From Macrostomum lignano (lineage: Eukaryota), in contig NIVC01002073.1 of NCBI GenBank assembly GCA_002269645.1, forward strand, positions 66,175-130,174: DNA of 64,000 bases, read 5' to 3'. A program made the translations under genes and the position numbers. Each line of letters starts with the position of its first letter. Within the stretch, counting starts at the first letter, position 1. The notes under the pieces are model-generated. The model was not told where the DNA came from. It searched no databases and saw nothing but the letters and a program-made list of their open reading frames with translations. Positions 19,543 through 32,337 of this stretch are shown here, one piece after another.

Positions 19543-22500
19543 ATGCCAGCTACAGCGGCTCCGCAGCCGCAGCGGCAGCCGCCGCCCAGTCTGCCGGTGT
19601 CGCGCGGTTCGGTAATCGATTCTGAGCTCGAAGCGCTGATGCGGGCGCATCCAGAGCGAACTCGCGAGCTGCTGTACGGATTGTACAACATCCCGACGCC
19701 TGGATTGGTTGCCGAGGAGCAGGCGGCCGCTGCGGCGGCGGCTGCCGAAGCTGCCGGTCCGAAGGGCCGATTGGGCAAGTCGCACTATCAGGACACGTAC
19801 ATCGCCAAGGAGCTGCGGAAACGGTCTAGCAAGCGACCACCGCCAGCTGGCGGCGGCGGCGGCAAGCGGGGCCAGGCGATGAGCTGGGACACCTCGCAGA
19901 GGGCCGACTTCGTGCCCAAGGACTTGAGGGCGGCTCGGAACGAGCCGGTGCAAAAGAAGGGAGGCAACGGAGACGGGCCTTCTTGGGTGTGGCGTGACCA
20001 GATGGGCGACAAACGGGCTACCGTGTATCAGGTAATTGGGAGGCTGCTTCATGGGATTCCAGCTGTCTGAGTCAGGTGGTTCCGGGTCTCTGAGTCTTGT
20101 AGTTCCAGGTCCCTGAGTCTTGTGGTTTCAGATCTCTGAGTCTTGTGGCTTCACGTCTCTAAGTCTTGTGGTTTCAGGTCTCTGAGTCTTGTGGTTTCAG
20201 GTCTATAAGTCTTGTGGTTTCAGGTCTATAAGTCTTGTGATTTCAGGTCTCTGAGTCTTGTGATTTCAGATCTCTGAGTCTTGTGGTTTCAGATCTCTGA
20301 GTCTTGTGGTTTCAGGTCTCTGAGTCTTGTGGTTTCAGGTCTATAAGTCTTGTGATTTCAGATCTCTGAGTCTTGTGGTTTCAGGTCTCTGAGTCTTGTG
20401 ATTTCAGATCTCTGAGTCTTGTGGTTTCAGGTCTCTGAGTCTTGTGGTTTCAGGTCTCTGAGTCTTGTGGTTTCAGGTCTCTGAGTCAGGTTGTTCCAGG
20501 TCTCTGAGTCTTGTGGTTCCAGGTGTCTGAGTCAGGTAATTTCTGTTGTCTGATTCAGGTAATTCCAGGTGTCTGAGTCAGGTGATTCCAGGTGTCTGAG
20601 TCAGGTAATTCCAGGTGTCTGAGTCAGGTAATTCCAGGTGTCTGAGTCAGGTAATTCCAGGTGTCTGGTTCAGAGTTATTATTCCTGATGTTAAGGCCAT
20701 AAATGATGTGATAGGGGGTTATTTGCAGTCTCAATACTCCGTTGTCATTCCCGCCGCCCTCTCGTCTTTGTTCAGGACGAATACAAAGAGCGTCCGCTCG
20801 GCCCGGTAGAGCACCGCAAGCCGGACGCTGTCCGAGGCGGCGCCGGCAGGGTGCTGGTGGCAAACGGCCAATTTCAAGGCCAGACAACCAGCATGGCCGA
20901 CTACAAAGGCTGGAGCACCGGCCGGAATCCGATTCGCTACGGCGAGATGCCCGAATTTATGGGCTCGGTGCTCAACCCGGGCAGGGCCAGGGAGCTGGAG
21001 ACTGTCAATCAATCTACTTACAAGGGTGAGAGCTGGGGCTGGGGCAGTGCTGAGGTTACTGAGCACTCTGAGAACACGTCTCTTAGGCTACTGGGCACTC
21101 TGAGCAGTCGCCTCTTAGGCTACTGGGCACTCTGAGCAGTCGCCTCTTAGGCTACTGGGCACTCTGAGAACTCGCCTCTTAGGCTACTGGGCACTCTGAG
21201 AACTCGCCTCTTAGGCTACTGGGCACTCTGAGCAGTCGCCTCTTAGGCTACTGGGCACTCTGAGCAGTCGCCTCTTAGGCTACTGGGCACTCTGAGCAGT
21301 CGCCTCTTAGGCTACTGAACACTCTGAGCACTCGCCTGTTAGGCTACTGATGAACACTCTGAGAACTCGCCTCTTAGGCTACTGGGCACTCTGAGAACTC
21401 GCCTCTTAGGCTACTGGGCACTCTGAGAACTCGCCTCTTAGGCTACTGGGCACTCTGAGCAGTCGCCTCTTAGGCTACTGGGCACTCTGAGCAGTCGCCT
21501 CTTAGGCTACTGGGCACTCTGAGCAGTCGCCTCTTAGGCTACTGGGCACTCTGAGCAGTCGCCTCTTAGGCTACTGGGCACTCTGAGCAGTCGCCTCTTA
21601 GGCTACTGGGCACTCTGAGCAGTCGCCTCTTAGGCTACTGAACACTCTGAGCAGTCGCCTCTTAGGCTACTGAACACTCTGAGCACTCGCCTGTTAGGCT
21701 ACTGATGAACACTCTGAGCACTCGCCTGTTAGGCTACTGATGAACACTCTGAGCACTCGCCTGTTAGGCTACTGATGAACACTCTGAGCACTCGCCTGTT
21801 AGGCTACTGATGAACACTCTGAGCACTCGTCTCTTAGGCTACTGAGCACTGAGCACTAGACCCTTAAGCTACTGGGGCAGTGCTGAGTCTACTGAGCTAA
21901 CTTGACTCCCCCTTTTACTTCGAAGGTCCTCGCGGCGTTCCTGCCATACCGGCCGTGCCGGCGGTCGGCAATCTGGCACTGGACGGTGTCCAGGACTTCA
22001 CCACGGTGAACAGGGACACCTACCGACCGATGCCCCCTGGGCTGAGCCGGCCGCCACCGGCCCGCCAGAGCAACGAGGCGGTGATGGAGCGCAAGCTGCC
22101 GATGCACTCGGAGACGCAGACCAGGGCGGATTTCAAAGGCTACGATACCAGGCAGTTCAAGCGGTCGGAGAGGTCCCAGCCTCCCGAGGCGATGGTGGAT
22201 TTAAAGTGAGAAAAAATCTTAGCTGGCTCCTTTAAGTAGATTAGAATTTGATATGCATGTATTCAATTTTGATGATAAATTTGGGCGAAGTTTTTGTGAG
22301 ATTTATTAGATCCATTGATCTATGGGGTGAGATTTATGATTTCCATTCATCTATGGGGGTGAGATTTATGAGAACTATTGATCTATGGGGGTGAGATTTA
22401 TGAGACCTATTGATCTATGGGGGTGAGATTTATGATATCCATTCATCTATGGGGGTGAGATTTATGAGAACTATTGATCTATGGGGGTGAGATTTATGAG

Positions 22501-25500
22501 ACCTATTGATCTATGGGGTGAGATTTATGATTTCCATTCATCTATGGGGGTGAGATTTATGAGAACTATTGATCTATGGGGGTGAGATTTATGATATCCA
22601 TTCATCTATGGGGGTGAGATTTATGAGAACTATTGATCTATGGGGGTGAGATTTATGATATCCATTGATCTATGGGGGTGAGATTTATGATTTCCATTCA
22701 TCTATGGGGGTGAGATTTATGAGAACTATTGATCTATGGGGGTGAGATTTATGAGACCTATTGATCTATGGGGTGAGATTTATGAGACCTATTGATCTAT
22801 GGGGGTGAGATTTATGATATCCATTGATCTATGGGGGTGAGATTTATGAGACCTATTGATCTATGGGGGTGAGATTTATAAGAACTATTGATCTATGGGG
22901 GTGAGATTTATAAGAACTATTGATCTATGGGGGTGTGATTTATGAGAACTATTGATCTATGGGGGTGAGATTTATGAGACCTATTGATCTATGGGGTGAG
23001 ATTTATGAGACCTATTGATCTATGGGGTGAGATTTATGATTTCCATTCATCTATGGGGGTAAGATTTATGAGAACTATTGATCTATGGGGGTGAGATTTA
23101 TGAGACCTATTGATCTATGGGGTGAGATTTATGAGACCTATTGATCTATGGGGTGAGATTTATGATTTCCATTCATCTATGGGGGTGAGATTTATGAGAA
23201 CTATTGATCTATGGGGGTGAGATTTATGAGACCTATTGATCTATGGGGTGAGATTTATGAGACCTATTGATCTATGGGGTGAGATTTATGATTTCCATTC
23301 ATCTATGGGGGTGAGATTTATGAGAACTATTGATCTATGGGGGTGAGATTTATGAGACCTATTGATCTATGGGGTGAGATTTATGAGACCTATTGATCTA
23401 TGGGGGTGAGATTTATGATATCCATTGATCTATGGGGGTGAGATTTATGAGACCTATTGATCTATGGGGGTGAGATTTATAAGAACTATTGATCTATGGG
23501 GGTGAGATTTATAAGAACTATTGATCTATGGGGGTGAGATTTATGAGAACGATTGATCTATGGGGTGAGATTTATTAGATCCATTGATCTATGGGGGTGA
23601 GATTTATGAGAACTATTGATCTATGGGGGTGAGATTTATGAGACATATTGATCTATGGGGGTGAGATTTATGATATCCATTGATCTATGGGGGTGAGATT
23701 TATGAGACATATTGATCTATGGGGGTGAGATTTATAAGAACTATTGATCTATGGGGGTGAGATTTATGAGACCTATTGATCTATGGGGTGAGATTTATGA
23801 GACCTATTGATCTATGGGGTGAGATTTATGAGTGCTATTGATCTATGGGGTGAGATTTATGAGACCTATTGATCTATGGGGGTGAGATTTATGATATCCA
23901 TTGATCTATGGGGGTGAGATTTATGATATCCATTGATCTATGGGGTGAGATTTATGATATCCATTTATCTATGGGGGTGAGATTTATGAGACCTATTGAT
24001 CTATGGGGGTGAGATTTATGATATCCATTGGTCTATGGGGGTGAGATTTATGAGACCTATTGATCTATGGGGGTGAGATTTATGATATCCATTGATCTAT
24101 GGGGGTGAGATTTATGATATCCATTGATCTATGGGGGTGAGATTTATGATATCCATTGATCTATGGGGTGAGATTTATGAGACCTATTGATCTATGGGGT
24201 GAGATTTATGAGACCTATTGATCTATCGGGTGGGATTTATGAGACGTATTGATCCATGGGGTGAGATTTATGATATCCATTGATCTATGGTGGTGAGATT
24301 TATGAGACCTATTGATCTATGGGGTGAGATTTATGAGACCTATTGATCTATCGGGTGAGATTTATGAGACCTATTGATCTATCGGGTGAGATTTATGATA
24401 TCCATTGATATATAGGGTGAATTTTTTTACTCCGTCATTCAAAGGCGGGTGAGATTATAGAGTCCGTTAATCTTTACGGGATGAGATACTGTTGTCAATT
24501 GTGAAGTGTTGGGGTGAGGTTCCACTCTGCTACTCCCGTCGCCTCGCAGATACGATCGCAACGGTTACTGGAACACGGAGCAGCGTCATGAGTTCCGCGG
24601 TGTCGACGTAACTCATCACCCCGTGCCGGCCAGCTTCAAGAAGGACCCGAGTCAGTACACAGCTCCAGAGGGCCGCATGGAGGGCGAGTCGACTAGCCAT
24701 CTGGACTACCAAACCAAGGACCTGCGGTGGGGGAATGGGTCTTCTTTTTTGGAAAATCATTTTGTATTTGACACCTGGTTATTTGGTTTTGACACCAGGT
24801 TATTTGAGTCTGACCCCTGGTTATTTGAGTTTGACACCTGGTTATTTGAGTCTGACACCTGGTTATTTGAGTTTGACACCTGGTTATTTGAGTTTGACAC
24901 CTGGTTATTTGAGTTTGACACCTGGTTATTTGAGTCTGACCCCTGGTTATTTGAGTTTGACACCTGGTTATTTGAGTCTGACCCCTGGTTATTTGAGTTT
25001 GACACCTGGTTATTTGAGTCTGAAATCAGGTTATTTGAGTTTGACACCAGGTTATTTGAGTCTGACACCTGGTTATTTGAGTCTGACACCTGGTTATTTG
25101 AGTTTGACACCTGGTTATTTGAGTCTGAAATCAGGTTATTTGAGTTTGACACCAGGTTATTTGAGTCTGACACCTGGTTATTTGAGTCTGACACCTGGTT
25201 ATTTGAGTCTGACACCAGGTTATTTGAGTCTGACACCAGGTTATTTGAGTCTGAAATCAGGTTATTTGAGTTTGACACCTGGTTATTTGAGTCTGACACC
25301 TGGTTATTTGAGTCTGACACCTGGTTATTTGAGTTTGACACCTGGTTATTTGAGTCTGACACCTGGTTATTTGAGTCTGACACCTGGTTATTTGAGTTTG
25401 ACACCTGGTTATTTGAGTTTGACACCTGGTTATTTGATTTCTACAACTGATCCTCAGTTTGTGGCCTCTGGTCTGCAGTTTAGGACACGTTGTTTTTAGT

Positions 25501-26048
25501 TTGTGACACATTGTCCTCAGTTTGTGACACATGGTCCTCAGCATGCATGTGACACATTGTCCTCAGTTTGTGACACATGGTCCTCAGCATGCATATCCGT
25601 CACCCACCGCCTCGGCAGGGAGGCCTACCGAGAGCGAGTGAAGCCCCCGGAAGCCAGCACCAGATTCGCAGGCAAGTTCGCCTCAGAGACCACCAGCTCG
25701 GAGGCCTATCGCCGGGCAGCTGCGGAGCCGGTGTCCCCCCGGATGCGCCACGGTGATTTTCACCTGGCCTATCATCATGTGCCGAAGTTCGACAGGTTGG
25801 AGGGCGATTCCGAGACCCGGTCCAGCTTCGTCGCCAAGCCGCTGGCCCCGACGGTTTCGTTTAAGCCGGTGGTCACCGCGGCGCCAACAGACGGCGAGCG
25901 CGACTTTGACACGGTGTACAAATCCGTGTACAAGCCGCCGCGGTTCCGTCTCACCCGGGAGCAGGCAGCCGCCGTCAAGGCCGAGCTTCGAAGGCTGGAA
26001 GCAGCGCGCAGCTGCCACCCCGCGCTGCCCGGCATTGCCAAGGCCTGA
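19543..26048 (+). CDS. SAXO/FAM154-family microtubule inner protein (Mn-motif repeats), 5 exons, ~541 aa
   Basis: Exons 19543-20031, 20776-21025, 21926-22205, 24550-24726, 25619-26048; phases 0/1/2/2 are consistent (1626 nt). About 12 T-x-x-x-x-x-[YF] repeats, e.g. WDTSQRADFVP, QTTSMADYKGW, TTVNRDTYRP, ETQTRADFKGY, ESTSHLDYQT, ETTSSEAYR, DTVYKSVYKP. Confidence 0.8.
20065..20660. repeat. ~23-bp minisatellites in SAXO-like intron 1
   Basis: Units gtctctgagtcttgtggtttcag followed by gtctgagtcaggtaattccaggt. Confidence 0.92.
21050..21850. repeat. 32-bp minisatellite in SAXO-like intron 2
   Basis: Unit ctctgagcagtcgcctcttaggctactgggca. Confidence 0.95.
22310..24420. repeat. 31-32-bp minisatellite in SAXO-like intron 3
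   Basis: Unit tattgatctatgggggtgagatttatgagacc, ~65 copies. Confidence 0.95.
24768..25590. repeat. Two adjacent 21-bp minisatellites in SAXO-like intron 4
   Basis: tgacacctggttatttgagt(t/c) at 24768-25437 and gtgacacatggtcctcagttt at 25440-25590; explain ORFs 24623..25450, 24735..25499 and 24757..25425. Confidence 0.95.
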
Positions 26049-27419
26049 AGCAACAGCAATTCTGATTGGACTTTTCTGAGAGGACGGTTTTAATTGGGCC
26101 GACGCTATTGGTTGGCTGGTGTGTGTGGTGTGAGGTGGTTGTCTATACAGGGGTAGGGGAGTAGGAGTGGCACCAGTGTCAGCCAATCAAAATCAAGCAG
26201 AGTAAACTTGAGTACATGCAAGTCTCGACTTGATATGATTAGAATATCGTTTAGAAGTTAAAAATAACAAATTTAACTTTCAAGCCACAAAACAAAATTT
26301 CTCGACTTGCACATTTTAAATCCTATAATTTGCCGTGCTTCTTCAAAATATTAATAAGAATGCGATGTCACACAATCGATTGCGTTGAAGTTAATCTATA
26401 TGGCTTCGATAATTTCTGCTATTAGATATTTACTGTTGTTGCACACAGACGTATAAAGAGTAATGGATTGTGCTTATGCAAAGAAACTATTTTCTCGTAG
26501 TTTGTCGTCTGATTCTTACATTTTTATTATCAAATAAAACAGCTTTAAAAAATAATTTTATGATCTTATTTGGTGGTATTTAAACCTTAAAACAAAGATG
26601 CCGTTCTTTTGTTATTTTTTATTATTTATTACAATACGAATCAAAGCAATTCTTCCGATTCTGAATATTAATAATTGTTCAAGAAATAAAATTTACAAAT
26701 TGAAATGTTAATCAAAAAAGCAGAAATGGAAAGTTTAAACACGACGAAATAACAAATAAAGTCTTAGGAGCAAAAAAATTCTGTACAGCTAAATGCGTTG
26801 GCCGTTAAGAGTTGCAGGCATGTGCAAAAGTTTTTAATGCAATAAATTATAAAAAGCAAAACACTGAAATGATAGAAATTTAAACAAATATTAATCCACA
26901 CAGAAAAGTTACTGTTTTGCATGCTAAATAGAGAATGCGACACAGACTGCACAGTTATAATTAATTATTAGCAGCGGACACACTAGCCAAGCATTAATAA
27001 CCCAATTGGATTGTAGCCAATAGTTCTGGATTTAGATGATTTAAACGCAGATTAGTAGTTCCACAATTAATTTTATAGCACTATTTATTACAGTAGCAGG
27101 AAATGTTGTAATAAAAATTAATTTTATTAACTAAATTAGCTTACAATAAACTGCAGCATAGAGAATTAGCCAGTAAAACCAAATTTCAACTCAAAATTAA
27201 CAGCTAAGTATTAGAAAATGAGCGCAGTGAGCAAACACAGAAATAAAAAGGAAAATATATCATCAAAACAACGTGCGCAATATGGTTATAGGCTTAACAG
27301 ACAGGTGGACATAATTTCGGGCAGCAATATTACTCAGTGAATCGCAAAAAATCTCGGATGCTTCAGAGCATGTTTTATCATTTCCGAACTGGTAGCAGAT
27401 TTTTCTGGTTTTGTGAAAG

Positions 27420-27810
27420 TGGGTTTCTGTTGTTTCTCAAGGAAAGTGGGTTTCCATGTGCTTCTCAAAAAAGGGGGTTTCCCGGTTTCTGTATTTCTAG
27501 GAAATACGATTTCTAAATTGGATTTTTATGTTTCTAGGAAACTGAGCTTCCGGGTTTCTAGGAAAGTGGTTCCGGGTTTCTAAGAAAATAGATTTCAGTG
27601 CTTCTAAGAAACTGAGCTTCCAAGTTTCTAGGAAAGCGGGTTTCCGGTTTTCTAGGAAAGTAGGTTTCCGGGTTTCTAAGAAAATAGATTTCTGTGCTTC
27701 TAAGAAACTGAGCTTCCAAGTTTCTAGGAAAGCGGGTTTCCGGTTTTCTAGGAAAGTGGGTTTCCAGGTTTCTAGAAAAGTGGGTTTCCGGGTTTCGAGG
27801 AAAATGGGTT
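27420..27810. repeat. Degenerate ~23-bp repeat downstream of the nanos stop codon
   Basis: Unit approximately tttctaggaaagtgggtttccggg. Confidence 0.8.
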
Positions 27811-28051
27811 TCGAGACTTGTCGTCAATTGGAATACTAAGAACGTTGAAAATCATGCTCGCGATTCACTTCTCTGTACAAAAGTACAAATTATTATAGTT
27901 TGAAATTTACAAGTAAACGAAGAAAAAATGTTTCAACTTGATTGACACTTGATTGACGCATCTAATTAGCTGAGCTTGCAATGGCTAGATATTAAAATCA
28001 TAAAAACCGACACAGTCAAAGACGGCAAATCTCACCGATGCTGCTAGACAG

Positions 28052-31000
28052 TCAGCCTCGACGGCTAATGCTCATCGAGCTCCGGGCTCCGGCGATGCGA
28101 GACACCTGCAGACTGCCCAGCTGCGGCGGCGGGGGCTGCTGATCAATCAGCTGCTCGCCCGACTGATGGTTGCCGTTGCCATGGGGACAGTATTTGATTG
28201 TGTGCGCCTTGTTGCCGGTGGCACCGCAGATCGGACAGGCGTACCTGCTCGGGTCGGGGGCGGTGGGTGGCTTGGCGCTTTGAGAATAACTGAGTCGGGA
28301 TTGACTGACTAATTGATTGGCCTACCAATTTTAATAGGTTTACAACTCCATTTTATAGGGATTAATTATGGCTAGAGCCATTTAGATCGCTTATTGTGGG
28401 TTTCTGTAGTACTTTGATGGCTTTTTTGTCTGGCTTGAGGGTTTATGGCTCAGCTTGATTGATTTATGGCTGTCTGGTTTGTTTATGGCTCAGTCTGGTT
28501 TGTTTATGGCTCAGTCTGGTTGGTTTATGGCTCAGTCTGGTTGGTTTATGGCTCAGTCTGATTGGTTTATGGCTCAGTCTGATTGGTTTATGGCTCAGTC
28601 TGATTGGTTTATGGCTCAGTCTGATTGGTTTATGGCTCAGTCTGGTTTGTTTATGGCTCAGTCTGGTTTGTTTATTGCTCAGTCTGGTTGGTTTATGGCT
28701 CAGTCTGGTTGGTTTCTGGCCCAGTCTGATGGGTTGATGGCTCAGTCTGATGGGTTGATGGCTCAGTCTGATGGGTTGATGGCTCAGTCTGATGGGTTGA
28801 TGGCTCAGTCTGATGGGTTGATGGCTCAGTCTGATGGGTTGATGGCTCAGTCTGATGGGTTGATGGCTCAGTCTGATGGGTTGATGGCTCAGTCTGATGG
28901 GTTGATGGCTCAGTCTGATGGGTTGATGGCTCAGTCTGATGGGTTGATGGCTCAGTCTGATGGGTTGATGGCTCAGTCTGATGGGTTGATGGCTCAGTCT
29001 GATGGGTTGATGGCTCAGTCTGATGGGTTGATGGCTCAGTCTGATGGGTTGATGGCTCAGTCTGATGGGTTGATGGCTCAGTCTGATGGGTTGATGGCTC
29101 AGTCTGATGGGTTGATGGCTCAGTATGATGGGTTGATGGTTCACTCGGACTGGTTTATCCCGACTTTCCCCCAAATTTGATGCGTTTGCTTGGCTTGATT
29201 TTTGCTGTTGTGGTTCGGGGCAATAATATAGCTTGAATAGTGAGTTTATTGTTCATCTTAAAATTCATAGCCTTTTTACGGTTTCAATTTGGTTTGTAGT
29301 TTATGGTTATGCTTTAAGGTTTATGGCTTAATTTGATGGGTTTAAAGCTTGAATTATCGATTGGTTTATTACTTGGCTTGGGGTTTGTGGTTTAGGTGTT
29401 GATGGTCTGGCTTGGGTGTTAATGACTGTTCGAGTCCTATGGTTGGGGAGCTGGGGGGTTTATGGCTTGGCTTAAGGTTTATAGTAATTTTTGTGATTTA
29501 CCGCTTAGCCTTATCTATGAATTACCGCCCTTATAAAATCGCAATTAAAAAATCTGCACTCACTGGAACAGCACAGGACAGGTGACATTTCCGAACGCGT
29601 CAGTCAGCCGGTGACTGGTGTACACGTGAAATGGCTCCTGATTTTGCCTGCAGAACACGCACAGTTCAATACGCATCTCTCGCTTCTTCTGGTAGTGCAT
29701 CTTCAGCCTGGTGAGAAAGTTGAGCAGGGTGCCCTTGTCTATGGCGATCTGGTTGGGCCCCGGGGCGCCCACGCCCGGTCCGGGAATGGGAGCGCTGCAG
29801 GTAACGGAAGCGATCCACTTGTCAATCTCGTGAGCGATGCCCGGTTTGTTCTGCTGCTGCTGCTGCTTTCCGACCGGAGCCACCGGCTGCTGCATGTGCA
29901 GGTATTCGTGCTCGCCGACTTGCAAATAGGCCAGGCTGGAGTCCAGACCTGCGCCTGGCTGATGCGGCTGGTCCCATAGAGCTGGTGGTGCTGCAGAGTG
30001 CAGGTACCGGCCGTGGACGAGTGCTTGGAGGAGCCTGCAGTATGGTGATATGTAACGTAAATAGCTTCATTGGTGAGGGAAGTACAGGGGCTATACAGGG
30101 GGAGAGGAGGGGGAGAGACACGGGGCTACAGGGGGAGACATGAGGCTACAGGGGGAGAGACATGAGACTACAGTGGAGAGACATGAGACTACAGGGGGAG
30201 ATATGAGGCTACAGGGGGAGAGACATGAGACTACAGTGGAGAGACATGAGGCTACAGGGGGGAGACATGAGGCTAGAGGGGGGAGACATGAGGCTACAGG
30301 GAGAGAGACATGAGACTACAGGGGGAGAGACATGAGACTACAGTGGAGAGACATGAGACTACAGGGGGAGACATGAGGCTACAGGGGGAGACATGAGGCT
30401 ACAGGGGGAGACATGAGGCTACAGGGAGAGACATGAGGCTAGAGGGGGGAGACATGAGGCTACAGGGAGAGACATGAGACTACAGGGGGAGAGACATGAG
30501 ACTACAGTGGAGAGACATGAGACTACAGGGGGAGACATGAGGCTACAGGGGGAGAGACATGAGACTACAGTGGAGAGACATGAGACTACAGGGGAGAGAC
30601 ATGAGACTACAGGGGAGAGACATGAGACTACAGGGGAGAGACATGAGACTACAGGGGGAGACATGAGGCTACAGGGGGGGGGACATGAGGCTAGAGGGGG
30701 GAGACATGAGGCTACAGGGGGGAGACATGAGGCTACAGGGAGAGAGACATGAGACTACAGGGGGAGACATGAGACTATACAGAGAAGTGACAGGCTATAC
30801 AGGCTACATGGGAGTGACAGGCTATACAGAGGAGTGACAGGCTATACATGGGAGTGACAGGCTATACATGGGAGTGACAGGCTATACACGGGAGTGACAG
30901 GCTATACAGGGGAGGGACAGGCTATACAGAGGAGTGACAGGCTATACAGGGAAGGGACAGGCAATACAGGGGAGTGACAGGCTAAAGATGGCATCGAAGG

Positions 31001-31540
31001 GAGAGACAGGAAGACAGAGACTGAAGCTGCAGATATGAGACTGTGTGGGTTAACTCCTAGGGTCGAGAGATACTGCTATACATGCGTATCGAGAAGACAG
31101 GAGAATAAACTCTTGGCCCTTGACCCCCACCCTTGGATCCGCCACGGAGAAAAGTTCTGTCTCTCCCTTTGACTGACCCCGCTTGACCCCGCCTGGATCC
31201 ACCAAGGACCATGAGAAACACACGCTAATATCTCACCTAGCTGCATTAGCGAACTCTGCTGATAGTTGCAATTAAACGAGGGAGCACTCGGCGATAGCAG
31301 ACTTATCGGTCTGGCTGGCTTGTTACAGCTAGCATTGGTGTTGGCAGTCGATGAAGCGGGTAGCTGCTGATTGGAGACCGAGGTGTCGCGGTCGCGGCTC
31401 CACGAAGCAACACTAGCTGCAGACTCGAACGGCGCCAACTTGGCGTCCCTGTGTTGCTGCTGTTGCTGCATCATGCCAGTGGACCAGGCGCCCCAGGCGG
31501 CGTGGTGTTCAGTCGATGACAGCTGTTGGTACCCTTGCAT
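28052..31540 (-). CDS. nanos: Nanos, 3 coding exons
   Basis: Exon 3 28244-28052; exon 2 ends at 29564 (CA|gtgagt); exon 1 31540-31237. The spliced sequence CVFC-x12-H-x10-C-x7-CPIC-x7-H-x4-C (CVFCRQNQEPFHVYTSHRLTDAFGNVTCPVLFQ|YACPICGATGNKAHTIKYCP) has exact nanos double-CCHC spacing. The exon 2 acceptor is ambiguous (29990 or 30034; see findings). Confidence 0.93.
28445..29130. repeat. 21-bp minisatellite in nanos intron 2
   Basis: Unit tggctcagtctgatgggttga and variants. Confidence 0.95.
30110..30980. repeat. ~22-bp and 20-bp minisatellites in nanos intron 1
   Basis: gagacatgagactacaggggga at 30110-30780 and gggagtgacaggctatacag at 30780-30980. Confidence 0.93.
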
Positions 31541-31749
31541 TGTTCTCTTAATATGTAGATAGATATAACTATTGTGAGCTAACCGTATTTGTTTTGGACA
31601 GATCGATTTGAAAATTCCAAAGCAAGGCTGAAACTGTTAAGTTAATATGCACGAAAAATCGCACTCTACTTCGTTTTAATTCAACTATTATGATAAGACA
31701 AAGAGCTTCAAGCGCACTGTCTTATATGTTCAGCACAGAGGGGGTCTGA

Positions 31750-31810
31750 GAGGCGGGCCAATTAGCGCCGTTAAAATTGGGGGATGGTCAGCCTCAGCCA
31801 ATCAGAGGCG
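31750..31810. promoter_or_regulatory. Possible nanos promoter (CCAAT/GC-box cluster)
   Basis: CCAAT at 31758 and 31798, ATTGG at 31776, and GGCGGG, in a GC-rich patch ~220-270 bp upstream of the ATG. Confidence 0.35.
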
Positions 31811-32337
31811 TCGGAGAGTTCCGCGGCCTCGGGGTAGGGGTTTGGCGGGGGAGAGAGTTGGCCACGCGCCTGTTAGTGATAAGGCTGGGCGAAAGTGATG
31901 AGTCATCGATAACAGGCGGCGGCAGGCGCAATTAACTTTATTACCAGCCAGCTAGAGACTAGAAGAGGCGCACAGCAACAAAATTAATTGGCGCCATTAT
32001 CAGCGCAGCAGCAGGCAGAGGTGCGAAAATTGTTACTCATAGCTACAGTGGCAGAAAAAATTATCCAGCAGGGCAACCGCAACAACCAAACTATTATTAC
32101 GAGTTTCTAGAAATTTAATTGATTCTACTTCGTAATTACTTAGCCATAAATATTATTTCGGCCCTATAATGAACAGGACTCTCACTTAGACACTAAACCT
32201 GAATTTTCAAAAACTACGGTGGATAATCTAATTGATGTATTGAAACTATTATGTAGTATGAATAATGAACTAACCATCTTTTTATATATATTCTCATCCA
32301 TGCATGTACAAGTGTAATAAAAAAATAATAAATTGAG

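Noticed and set aside
28150-28190. X-box-like gttgccatggggac in nanos exon 3
   Set aside because: The second half-site is poor and the sequence is explained by coding constraint.
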